NCBI GenBank assembly: GCA_046759445.1
Contig: JBHICG010000015.1
Location: forward strand, 1 to 57,539
Direction of reading: 5' to 3'
Length of the DNA: 57,539 nucleotides
From: Candidatus Scalinduaceae bacterium
Lineage (GTDB): Bacteria; Planctomycetota; Brocadiia; Brocadiales; Scalinduaceae
Below are positions 11,051-21,300 of this stretch, in pieces. Below the pieces are notes generated by a model, which made no database searches, was not told where the DNA came from, and worked only from the letters and a program-made list of their open reading frames with translations. Within the stretch, counting starts at the first letter, position 1. Each line of letters starts with the position of its first letter. The position numbers were made by a program, and so were the translations under genes.

Positions 11051-11905
11051 ATGAAGAACATAGATGAAAGAAAATCTATCACCTGGGAATTGATAGAGAC
11101 TATCAAAGACTCTGATGTAATAAATAAACTTGGAATTACTCCAAAAGATATCCGTATAGGGGTGTTTTACACAGGAATTGTCTTAAGCACTGGTCATGCG
11201 GGAATGTCATATACGCCCGTTCAGGAGATTCCGGAGGCGGTATGTTGTCCACGTTCACACGCTAAGATGCCTTCGGCAGGAACCTTGCTCGACTTTCAAC
11301 TTACAGACCTCATGAACTATGCCCTTGACGACAATGCCCTTAAAGCGGCCGTTGGCATCGCAACAATAAATGCGCTTTCAGCAATATTGCTTGAAGATGA
11401 GACTTGTCAGTATAAACCCTCAGCATATGGTAATGCATTAGACCTGGTTAAGATTACGAGCGAAGATTCCGTCGCAATGGTTGGAGCCTTTCCACCATTT
11501 ATAAAAAGTATTCAAGAGATTGCAAAGAAACTTTTTGTGATTGAAAAAAACCCCAGGATTGTTGGCAAAGGTGATATGGTTGCAATAGAACCAGAGGTTC
11601 GTTTGAAGGAAATAATACCTCAAGCGAATATCCTGGTTATAACGGGAGTTACACTCGTCAATCATACGCTTGGTCCTATACTGCAACTTGCCAGAAGAGA
11701 GAGTGAAATTGTCGTTGTAGGGCCAACTGCCAGTGTTTATCCAGAACCTCTCTTCAAAAGAGGTGTAACTGTATTAGGTGGTGTGAGAATTAGTGATGCA
11801 GCAAAGATGATACATCTTATTGGCGAGGCAGGTTCAGGATACGACTTCTTCGGGAATTGCGCAGAGAAGATAGTAATTCGTAACGAGGCAAGCCCCATTA
11901 GATAA
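11051..11905 (+). CDS. DUF364 / Rossmann-like putative heavy-metal-chelation protein
   Basis: AVGIATINALS, VAMVGAFPP, LVITGVTLVNHTL, VVVGPTAS, GVTVLGG. Confidence 0.8.
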   Translation: MKNIDERKSITWELIETIKDSDVINKLGITPKDIRIGVFYTGIVLSTGHAGMSYTPVQEIPEAVCCPRSHAKMPSAGTLLDFQLTDLMNYALDDNALKAAVGIATINALSAILLEDETCQYKPSAYGNALDLVKITSEDSVAMVGAFPPFIKSIQEIAKKLFVIEKNPRIVGKGDMVAIEPEVRLKEIIPQANILVITGVTLVNHTLGPILQLARRESEIVVVGPTASVYPEPLFKRGVTVLGGVRISDAAKMIHLIGEAGSGYDFFGNCAEKIVIRNEASPIR

Positions 11906-11953
11906 TGTGTTTTGCCAACCACAAAAACTGCCAGTCCTCAAAAATATTCATTT

Positions 11954-12826
11954 ATGAAAAAATTACTCTTTGGAACTGCGGGTATTCCGCACTCGTCAAA
12001 AAATAATTCCAGCATTGAAGGGATCAAAAGAGTAAAGAAGCTTGGACTTAAATGCATGGAATTGGAATTTGTGCAAGGTGTCAGAATTAACGAGGAAATG
12101 GCGATGGAAGTGGCAAAGGTGGCGAAAGAGAATAATATTATTCTGAGTGTACATGCGCCATATTTTATTAATTTTAATTCACCGGATAAGAAAAAAATTT
12201 ATGCCAGCAGACATAGACTTATACAATCTGCACGTATAGGTCATTTATGTGGGGCAATAAGTGTGGTATTTCATCCGGGTTTTTATATGGGTAAGAAAAA
12301 GAGTGATGTGTACAAGGTAATGAAGCAGGAGATAATGCAAATAATTAAGGTATTAAAAGATGAAGATAATCCTGTACAGTTAAGGCCAGAGGTAACAGGC
12401 AAGATGTCTTCATTTGGAGATTTGGGTGAGGTCTTAAGGCTGAGTCGGGAGATAGAGAATGTACTTCCCTGTATTGATTTTGCACACCTGCATGCAAGAA
12501 CCGGTAGTTATAATTCATACGATGAATTTTACAACGTCTTAAAGTTTATTGCAGATGAATTGGGTAAGGATGCGCTGCAAGAGATGCACATCCACGTTGC
12601 TGGCATACAGTATGGGCCAAAGGGTGAAAGAAAGCATCTTAATCTCAAAGAATCAGACCTGGATCACGTAGATCTTTTAAAAGCATTGAATGACTTTGAC
12701 GTAAAAGGAACAGTAATATGTGAAAGTCCAAATCTTGAAGAGGATGCCCTTTTGTTACAAAAGAAATTCAAATCACTCTCAAGCCGTAGAAAAGAAGTTA
12801 TCTTAAACGGCCGTCTAAGGGTTTAG
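11954..12826 (+). CDS. nfo: Endonuclease IV-like TIM-barrel (AP endonuclease family 2)
   Basis: FGTAGIP, ELEFVQG, SVHAPYFIN, VFHPG, RPEVTGK, CIDFAHLHAR, HIHVAG, ICESP; start taken at ATG 11954. Confidence 0.8.
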   Translation: MKKLLFGTAGIPHSSKNNSSIEGIKRVKKLGLKCMELEFVQGVRINEEMAMEVAKVAKENNIILSVHAPYFINFNSPDKKKIYASRHRLIQSARIGHLCGAISVVFHPGFYMGKKKSDVYKVMKQEIMQIIKVLKDEDNPVQLRPEVTGKMSSFGDLGEVLRLSREIENVLPCIDFAHLHARTGSYNSYDEFYNVLKFIADELGKDALQEMHIHVAGIQYGPKGERKHLNLKESDLDHVDLLKALNDFDVKGTVICESPNLEEDALLLQKKFKSLSSRRKEVILNGRLRV

Positions 12827-12994
12827 TATCCTTGAGATAAGCGGGCTGAAGTCCGAACTGGCATGTCCATTAATCTCAGGAATTATTTTTACAATCCCCA
12901 TTTTCTTCCCCTCTTTTTTGATAAAAGAAGGGTGTGTACTGGTATAGCAGAGTGGAAGATACATGAAGGTTATTAATTAATTTGAGGAATAAAA

Positions 12995-15547
12995 ATGACA
13001 AATAAAAGCAACAAAGGAATTTCATCCAAGAATAAATGTTTTTCATCAGCAAACTCTCTAAAAGAAGGGATTGAGTACCACTTAAAAAAGACTCTCGGCC
13101 TTGGGTTGAAGGGGATTATATCTGTAGAAGATGCGGTGCAGCAAAAATTATATCTCCATATCTATAAGGCCCTCTCTTTTGCCCTGCGAGACGTAATCAC
13201 GGATAATTGGATAGCCACAAACCAGGAGTATGTAAAGAAAGATGCAAAACAGTTATATTATCTTTCTGCAGAGTACTTGACTGGCAGGTTTCTGGGAAAT
13301 AACCTGATTAATCTGGGTACCCGGAAGGAAGTAAACGGCCTTCTGAATTCCCTGGGATTAAGCCTGAATGAAATTGAAGATATGGAGATGGATGCCGGGC
13401 TTGGTACTGGAGGATTAGGAAGATTGGCCGCCTGCTTTTTAGATTCTGTGGCCACCTTACAATTACCTGGACATGGGTACGGCCTGCGTTACGATTATGG
13501 CATCTTCCGTCAGGAGATACTGGACGGATATCAGGTTGAACATCCAGACCAGTGGCTTCAGCATGGGAACCCCTGGGAAATACAACACGAAGAGGATGCG
13601 GTTATAGTCAAATTTGGAGGTCGCATCAAAAGAGATAATATTTCGAATTGCAAGGAGAAAACTGAAACTGAGGGCTGTGAAATTGTTACGGCCATTCCAT
13701 TCGATACACCCATAGTAGGTTACAGGAACAATACCGTTAACACGTTAAGATTGTGGAGCACGTCCGTACCTGATTACGACCAGTTTGATATAAAGGCCTT
13801 TGATAGAGGAGACTATGAAAATGCCTTAAGGCGTGTCTTAAACCATGACGATCTAACTATGGTATCGATTTTATACCCAAACGATAAACACGATTCAGGA
13901 AAACGGCTGCGGTTGAAACAGCAATATATTCTTGTGTCGGCAAGCATACAAGATGTTATCAGAAAGTACAAAAATAACCACAAAACCTTTGACCTTTTCC
14001 ATAGAAAAGCTGCCGTTCAGATTAATGATACACATCCGTCACTTGCCATTACGGAATTAATGAGATTACTGGTAGACGAAGAGGATGTCGATTGGGATAA
14101 GGCATGGACAATTACGGTGAAAACCTGCGGCTATACCAATCACACGGTGTTGAACGAAGCTCTGGAGCAATGGGACGCTCACATGATGAAAGAACTTCTC
14201 CCCCGAAATTATGAAATTATTGAGACTATCAACCATGACTTTTGCAAATCTATAGAGAAGAAATTTTCCGGTGATATGGACCGTGTCAGTCGCATGTCCA
14301 TCATTGAAAACGGGAAAGTAAGAATGGCCAATCTCGCTATTGTAGGGAGTCACTCAGTTAACGGGGTAGCGCAACTCCACACTAAAATCCTTAAGGAAAA
14401 GGTCCTCAGCGATTTCTACGAGATGTTTCCCAAAAAATTTAATAATAAGACCAATGGGATTACGCCGAGAAGATGGATCCTGAAGCCAAATCCAGAATTA
14501 GCCGATCTGATTACGAGTAAAATAGGAGACGGCTGGATAACTGATTTATCGGAACTGAAAAAACTGGAAAAGTTTGCAAGCAACATAACTTTCCTTAATC
14601 GACTAATGAAAATTAAATGGCAGAACAAAGAAAGGCTGAAGGATTACATATATAAGCATAATCCATTAAAGGATGGGAGTGGGCGAATAATCGGGAGAAT
14701 AGACGTCGATCCTAACTCTATCTTCAACGTGCAGGCAAAGAGATTACATGAATACAAAAGACAGTTGATGAACGCCCTCTATATTTTGATGCTATATAAC
14801 GAATTAAAGAATAATCCGGAAAAAGACATTATACCGAGAACCTTCTTTTTTGCCGCTAAATCAGCGCCCGGGTATGATATGGCCAAAGCGATTATTAAAT
14901 TTATTAACATACTTGCCAGAATTATTAACAATGATCCAGAAATAAAAGGAATGATTAAGATCGTCTTTCTGGAAAATTATAACGTATCCCTCGCCGAAAT
15001 ACTCCTGACGGCAGCCGACGTTAGCGAACAAATATCTACGGCAGGGCTTGAGGCATCCGGTACAGGCAACATGAAGCTCGCCCTGAACGGGGCATTAACG
15101 ATTGGAACCATGGATGGCGCAAACGTAGAAATGTCTGAGGAAATAGGAATAGAAAATATGTTCATATTCGGACTCAGGGCTGAGGAAGTTGAACAACTGA
15201 GGAAGAACAACTATAACCCCATGGAGGTTTATGATAATATTGATATTATTCGAAGGACTATTGATCAATTACGTTCGGAAGAATTGACCAGCATTCCAGA
15301 AGAAAGGGACGTCTTCAACAAAATAGTGGACTCATTGATAGGAGAGGACAGACATTTTATACTTAAGGATGTGCTGCCTTATAAAGAAGCTCAGGAGAAG
15401 GTGTCAGAACTCTACAAGGATAAGACTTCCTGGGCAAAGAAAGTTATACTCAATATCGCCAGGATGGGCAAATTTTCCAGTGATCGGACGATCAAGGAAT
15501 ACAACAAGGAAATCTGGCGTCTCAAGAAGACACCCGTGCATAAATGA
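12995..15547 (+). CDS. glgP: Glycogen/starch phosphorylase
   Basis: GGLGRLAACFLDS, QINDTHP, YTNHTV, KRLHEYKRQ, EASGTGNMK (PLP Lys), FSSDRTIKEY. Confidence 0.97.
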   Translation: MTNKSNKGISSKNKCFSSANSLKEGIEYHLKKTLGLGLKGIISVEDAVQQKLYLHIYKALSFALRDVITDNWIATNQEYVKKDAKQLYYLSAEYLTGRFLGNNLINLGTRKEVNGLLNSLGLSLNEIEDMEMDAGLGTGGLGRLAACFLDSVATLQLPGHGYGLRYDYGIFRQEILDGYQVEHPDQWLQHGNPWEIQHEEDAVIVKFGGRIKRDNISNCKEKTETEGCEIVTAIPFDTPIVGYRNNTVNTLRLWSTSVPDYDQFDIKAFDRGDYENALRRVLNHDDLTMVSILYPNDKHDSGKRLRLKQQYILVSASIQDVIRKYKNNHKTFDLFHRKAAVQINDTHPSLAITELMRLLVDEEDVDWDKAWTITVKTCGYTNHTVLNEALEQWDAHMMKELLPRNYEIIETINHDFCKSIEKKFSGDMDRVSRMSIIENGKVRMANLAIVGSHSVNGVAQLHTKILKEKVLSDFYEMFPKKFNNKTNGITPRRWILKPNPELADLITSKIGDGWITDLSELKKLEKFASNITFLNRLMKIKWQNKERLKDYIYKHNPLKDGSGRIIGRIDVDPNSIFNVQAKRLHEYKRQLMNALYILMLYNELKNNPEKDIIPRTFFFAAKSAPGYDMAKAIIKFINILARIINNDPEIKGMIKIVFLENYNVSLAEILLTAADVSEQISTAGLEASGTGNMKLALNGALTIGTMDGANVEMSEEIGIENMFIFGLRAEEVEQLRKNNYNPMEVYDNIDIIRRTIDQLRSEELTSIPEERDVFNKIVDSLIGEDRHFILKDVLPYKEAQEKVSELYKDKTSWAKKVILNIARMGKFSSDRTIKEYNKEIWRLKKTPVHK

Positions 15548-15552
15548 TAAGC

Positions 15553-15615
15553 GGTCAATAAAAGAAGTAAGATAAATAGAAAAATAAGACAACTATTGGA
15601 TGATGACACGATTGG
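15553..15615. repeat. 63-bp perfect direct repeat, left copy
   Basis: ggtcaataaaagaagtaagataaatagaaaaataagacaactattggatgatgacacgattgg identical to 26250-26312. Confidence 0.92.
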
Positions 15616-15661
15616 TAGTAATTACACTATATCATTAGATAATTTTAAATAGGAGGTAAAA

Positions 15662-15901
15662 ATGATGAAAGGTTTTAAGAGAATAACCTTCAATCCAAAC
15701 ATTATGGGGGGGCAGGCTTGCATCAGAGGCATGCGGATTCCAGTCTCTCTAATTGTAAGCCTTGTAGCCAATGGAATGACAACAGATGAAATAATAAAAG
15801 AATATCCTGATATTGAACTTGAAGATATAAAGGAATCTTTGAGATATGCTTCATGGTTGACTAAAGAAGAGTTACATCTCGCTATCGGAACAAAAAAATG
15901 A
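15662..15901 (+). CDS. DUF433 antitoxin
   Basis: RITFNPNIMGGQACIRGMRIPV...EYPDIELEDI..LRYA. Confidence 0.9.
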   Translation: MMKGFKRITFNPNIMGGQACIRGMRIPVSLIVSLVANGMTTDEIIKEYPDIELEDIKESLRYASWLTKEELHLAIGTKK

Positions 15902-16260
15902 AATTTCTTGCTGATATGGGAATTTCCCAATCTACAGTTAGTTGGTTAAGAGAGAAAGGGCATGATGCTATCCATTTGCGAGAAGAAGGCCTCCACAAGA
16001 TAACTGATATAGAAATAATTGAAAAAGCAAGAAAAGAAGATAGGGTTATACTTACCTGTGATCTTGATTTTGGAGATCTTATGGCTGCCTCAGGTGGGAT
16101 ATGTCCCAGTGTAATAATATTTAGACTCGAAAGTGAAGTGCCAGAAAATGTGAATAAGAGATTAATGAGTGTATTAGATGAATCTTTTGATGCATTAGAA
16201 AAAGGTGCAGTAATAAGCGTGGAGGAAACAAGACATCGTGTACGTTTTTTACCAATTTAA
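15898..16260 (+). CDS. DUF5615 PIN-like toxin
   Basis: MKFLADMGIS...GHDAIHL...ILTCDLDFG; ATGA overlap with the DUF433 gene. Confidence 0.9.
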   Translation: MKFLADMGISQSTVSWLREKGHDAIHLREEGLHKITDIEIIEKARKEDRVILTCDLDFGDLMAASGGICPSVIIFRLESEVPENVNKRLMSVLDESFDALEKGAVISVEETRHRVRFLPI

Positions 16261-16428
16261 AAAGTAACGGAAACCTTCAGGTTTCCACCAACGAATGATT
16301 TGTATCAACGGGTAATATTTATTTTGGTCGCTGCTATGCTGCGCTATGCAATCCAGTGATATTTGGTGAAGGCAATGTTTTTCTTCAGGTTTGAGCCAGT
16401 CGTTGCTGGTTATCATCGACTATTATGC

Positions 16429-16496
16429 TTGACTTTAATAGTTAGCCTTAATATTATAAACCTCAGAATTTCAACAATTCACTAAATTGTCATACC
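16429..16496 (+). promoter_or_regulatory. Sigma70-type promoter plus conserved 5' leader module (homologous copies at 27166 and 29466)
   Basis: TTGACT-17-TATTAT then AAACCTCAGAATTTCAACA...TGTCATACC; other copies TTGATT-17-TAATAT-AAACATCAGAA(T/G)TTCAACA...TGTCAT. Confidence 0.6.
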
Positions 16497-16580
16497 ATAT
16501 TTATTATAGAAAATTTATAACTAAATCAAACATGTATAATGTAAACTATCCTTAATCATACTTCCAAAAGGAGAAATAAT

Positions 16581-17732
16581 ATGAAAAGCAAAAAATTGTT
16601 TTTTATACTTGTTTTACTGATTACGGGATTATTTATTGTCGGAACTACAAACGCTCAGTCTATTGATTCATTAGATGCTGATATTCTAGGGTTTGATATT
16701 CCTGATAATGAATTTGATGAAGATGAAAACGACACCAGAGATACCAAAAAATTAGAGGAAAAGCCTGTCAAAAAAAAGTATGAACCACCGCCATTTCGAA
16801 TACCATACGATCCATATATACCAGCAAAAAGGGTTCTTGTTTCTTCATTTGATATTGCCGTAGCGGGGATTCCATCTGGGCTTAATATTGAAAAGGGATT
16901 AAGAGCTCAGTTAATAACTACTCTTTCAAAGAGCAAAAATTTCATTATTGTAGATAGGGAGACTATTTCTGATTTACAGAATGAGCTTATATTAGCACAG
17001 TCAGGTGCTGTTACAAAAAAGACAGCCGTAAAGGCAGGTAGACTTTTAGGTGCACAGGTTATTATTAAGGGGGTTGTAACAGAGTTTTCTGAAGCAGCTG
17101 AAGGAAAATCTTCTGGGTTTAAGTTTAATCTAGGCACGATGGCAGGAATTGCTGGTGCATTTACCGATTCAAAGGAATTAGATTTAGTAGAAGCCATAAA
17201 TCCTGAAATTGGAAAAGGTAATGAAACAGTAACTGGAAAAGTAGGTTTGGATGTTCGTTTGATTGGTGTAGAAACGGGTATGGTCATTAAGAGCATCGTA
17301 GCAAGGGGAGAAATTACTAAACAAAAAAGCAGTCGAGTCTTTGGCATAGCGGGCTTCAGTACCATATCTAAAGGGTTTGAAAATACAGTTATAGGCCGAG
17401 CTATTCGCATGGCAATTGAGGATGCAGTATGGAAGATATTTGATGGCATGAAGGATATTACCTGGAAGGGGAGAGTTGCAGCAGTTAAACAAGGTAGAAC
17501 AGTAATTATAAACGCTGGAAGCAACAAAAATATTCGTCCGGGACAGTTGATGTATATAGAGTCTGAAATAGAGAAAATAACAGACCCTGAAACAGGTTTA
17601 GTTCTTTATGCTGATATTGAACAGATTGGTGTAATACGCATTATGTCGGTAAAAGAAAATGTCAGTTTTGCAGAAATATTAAGCGGAGAAAATATAAAGA
17701 GGGGAGATATTGTAACTATGAAATATGATTAG
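16581..17732 (+). CDS. CsgG/HfaB-family protein with FlgT-like C-terminal domain
   Basis: Signal peptide; FIIVDRE...EL.L...GRLLGAQVIIKGVVTEF; C-terminal INAGSNKNIRPG...ITDPETGLVL. Confidence 0.8.
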   Translation: MKSKKLFFILVLLITGLFIVGTTNAQSIDSLDADILGFDIPDNEFDEDENDTRDTKKLEEKPVKKKYEPPPFRIPYDPYIPAKRVLVSSFDIAVAGIPSGLNIEKGLRAQLITTLSKSKNFIIVDRETISDLQNELILAQSGAVTKKTAVKAGRLLGAQVIIKGVVTEFSEAAEGKSSGFKFNLGTMAGIAGAFTDSKELDLVEAINPEIGKGNETVTGKVGLDVRLIGVETGMVIKSIVARGEITKQKSSRVFGIAGFSTISKGFENTVIGRAIRMAIEDAVWKIFDGMKDITWKGRVAAVKQGRTVIINAGSNKNIRPGQLMYIESEIEKITDPETGLVLYADIEQIGVIRIMSVKENVSFAEILSGENIKRGDIVTMKYD

Positions 17733-17848
17733 TTTTACAATTTATCATTAAAGTGGTAGGGACTAATTTATAAAAACATCTATTTGTACACTCTATTAAA
17801 AGAAGATAATAATTATGGTTTCATAAAATCCAAAAAAAGTTATTTCTA

Positions 17849-18343
17849 TTAATCCTTTAGTTCTTTTAAGGCATGTTCAAGATCTTCTATAGAATGTTCA
17901 AATTCTTCTTGGCTCACGCTGTCTTTTTGTAGCAATTCTCTTAATGTCTTACTCTTAAAGGCAAAAGGGTCATCATCTTTTTTGATGTAATAACTTCTTT
18001 CTAAAACCTTCTGATAATCTTTCCACAATTGATATTGTACAATTAAGTTAAGTGCACCAACTATCTTGCCAACATCAACTTTTTTTACTGGTTGTTTCTG
18101 TGTAAGTGTTTCTTTGTCTTTTAATTTCAGACTATCTTCAATATCTCCGAGTTGCTTTTTTATGTCCTTCTGAAGCTCTTCAACCTTTTCAAGTTTTTCT
18201 TTAATTGCCAGAAAGTCTTTATCTGATAATTCTTCATCTGTATATGCTAATTTTATAGAAAAGGCTAAAACGCATATAATTATTAATGCAATCTTAATCG
18301 TTTTCATATCCACCACAAAAACTATATAACGCCCTGCCCGCAC
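17849..18343 (-). CDS. Secreted helical hypothetical protein immediately downstream of rhs (probable start ATG 18307)
   Basis: MKTIKIALIIICVLAFSIKLAYT signal peptide, coiled-coil; same strand as rhs and adjacent to it. Confidence 0.65.
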   Translation of the reverse strand: MRAGRYIVFVVDMKTIKIALIIICVLAFSIKLAYTDEELSDKDFLAIKEKLEKVEELQKDIKKQLGDIEDSLKLKDKETLTQKQPVKKVDVGKIVGALNLIVQYQLWKDYQKVLERSYYIKKDDDPFAFKSKTLRELLQKDSVSQEEFEHSIEDLEHALKELKD

Positions 18344-18345
18344 AG

Positions 18346-21300
18346 TTATTTACAGCCCGGTGCTTTAGCGATCCAGTAGATCCCAAAGCTCGTTTCAGCC
18401 TTCCTGCTAGTCATTAGCGGCGGATCCCAAGCTCTGATGAGGTTACGGCAATATGCCTTTTGAGCATCGGATAAAGAAGTAAATGGACCAGCTTTCATTT
18501 GATACTTCACTTGAGGACAACCCCTGGCCAGGTCATCACATGGCCCGCCACCAGTGAAAGTGCCGATAGCCCTGTTCTTCAACTTCCCCTCTTCACCCAC
18601 CCAGAGACTTCCACCAGGAGAAACGTTGGTAAGAACGAAAACCCCATACACCTTACTGGACCCTCCTGTCCCGGCAGTTGAACCGCCGGTTTGAACCGGG
18701 GTTCCGGCAGTTGAGCCGCCGGTTTGAACCGAGGTTACTGTTGTTGTATCCCTTTCAGTACGTTTTCTGGCTGCCTTTGCTCTAATTTTTTTTAAGGCTT
18801 TTTCGGTTACAGGTTTTCTGCTTCTTTGATATTCACTTACTTCGTCTAAAATGTTACTCTCACTTGTGCTTTCAGATGGATTTGGCCGAACATATGGTGG
18901 TTTAGTAGAATCTTGTTCTTGCTTATTACGTTTTACCCGTTCCATTGCTTCGATTGCGTTTGCAATATTGGGTTCTTCATCTTTGTCAGCACGGGACTCT
19001 GTGTTCGCTTGTCTGATTTTTCTGATTAATGCATTAAATCTAGGCCTTGCTTCTGGTGGAAAATTATTTCTGATTGTTGATATCTGTTTGATTATCTCAT
19101 TAATTATATCCTCATTAACTACATCTATTTTGGGCGACAGAGTATTGATTTTTGCTTCTAAACGACTCAACGTTTCATCGAGCTTGCCGAGATTTGCTTG
19201 CTGTTGTTGACGGTCCCTTTCATTTGCTTTAACCATAGGTGCGTTAGCCCACCTATCTCCGGCATGATACCCACCGGCAACAACGGCGGCCGCTGCGACG
19301 AATGGAGCTGCTGGAGCGGCTGCAGCAACTGCAGCGGGGCCGGCAACATATGTAGCACCTGCCAATATGACACCGCTAGCTATAGTGCCTTCTACGGTAC
19401 CCACAACAACCTCTTTTACACATTCAGTATGTGTCTTCCCTTCATCAATGCAGGCTTGATAATTTACACCGGTAACGATTGTGCCACCTAGTACTGCTAC
19501 TCCACCAGCCACGTTTGATGCTGATACCCCACTTGAACTCGATGTACTCATTGAGCTGCTCCCCGAGCCACCGGAAGCAGACCCTTGAGAAGCTCCTCCT
19601 CCCGATCTACTTGGAGTGTGCGAAGTTGCCCCTCCTGGATGCCTCTCCACAATCCAATGCTCCGGCACCTCACCTTCAACAAACCATTCAGCCTCTACTC
19701 CTGGCCCTCCTGAGAAAACCCTGGAATTCAACTCACTATTGGGCACACGCAATTCAATAATCTCTCCGTGTCCTCCTGACCAATATCTTGCAATAGATCG
19801 ATCAGTTGTTAACGAAAGAAGGGGTGAGCCTTGAGATGTCCCTTGATGCAGTGTTATAGCTCTTTGTAATCCGCTCGGTCTTCCTGTCTGTGGATTTATC
19901 TCGTTCACTATCTGAATTAATCTTTCGTAAGATGCTACTCTTCCGCTCGTACGCATTAAGTCACTCTCAATACTTTGAATCCCTCTCATGTTATGTCCAC
20001 GGTAAAATACCGCATATTGATTACCGTTCTGTGTAATAATCTGGGGCTGAAGACCCATAGGGTCTGTTAGATTAACAGGATTGTTTAAGACATAAGTGTA
20101 TGGATTCAACGATTGTGGCTCGTGTATTTTACCAGGAACTAAATCAGGGGTATAGAAGCGCCCAAGATCAGGCTCATAATAACGTGCGCGATAATAATAC
20201 AGTGCTGTACTAGTATCGAGTTCGCGACCTGTATAGGTGAAGGGATTTTCTAAGACAAAGGATTGACTTTTTAGAATACCGAATGCGTCATAATCATAGG
20301 TTGCTGCTGTGACACCTTCTTGATCTGTAAGTCTAGCCACACTCCCCAGATCATCGGTGTGGTAGAAGTAACTTCTTTCATCACGAGTCATCATTAATGG
20401 ATTATCAATTCCCTGCCCATGAAGATAGGTGGCCTTGGGTTTCAAGTTCTCATCTAACTCAGCCAAAAGGTTCACACCGTCGGTCACAAAGTGGGTGAGA
20501 CCATTGGAATCCCTCCGCCAGACCCGTTCTCCCGTAGGGGCATATCCAAAGCTGACCTCTTCTCCATCTGGTAGTAAAACTTTGACCAATTGGTCCTCGG
20601 AATCGTATGAATAGCGGGTTACTCCTTTTGGGCCTTTACGCTCTACGAGGTTGCCGTTGGCATCATATTTGAAAGTCTCATCATCTGTTTCTAAAAGCTG
20701 GTCGGCCTGGTTATATCTAAATTGTATGCTCTTTCCTTCTCTTTTTAGTTTTTCACGATTCCCACCAGGCAGGTAGCTATATTGGACGAGATCGCCAGTT
20801 CCTGAGCTTTCTTCGATAATCTTGTTGTCTGGGTCATACCGGTATCGGGAGATCCGACCGTCAGCCTTAATGGTCTCTATAAGATTTCCAGCAGCATTAT
20901 ACTTATATTGCCACCCAGCAATGGTCTTCCGGTTTGTGTCCGTATACGTTATTCCGATAGGACGACCTGTTACATCATGCTCCCACTTGCCCTTTGTCCC
21001 GTTCGGGTAAGTGGTAGAGACTAAATTACCCCTGGCATTATAAGCAAAGGCAATCTCTTTCCCGCCAGGAAGTTTGATGGTACTTAACCGATTAGAGGAG
21101 TCATACCCATATCGAATGACTTGACCTTCTGAATCAATGAACTTCGAAAGGAGACCCGCTTTATCATATTCGTACTTTAAAACCCGCTTGATTGAAGGGT
21201 ATTTGATTTGATTCAAGCGGCCTCTATCATTGTAGGTGTAACGGACAGGAAAAGTCCCGTCGTTCGCTTCAATAAGATTGCCGATTGAATCATATCTATA

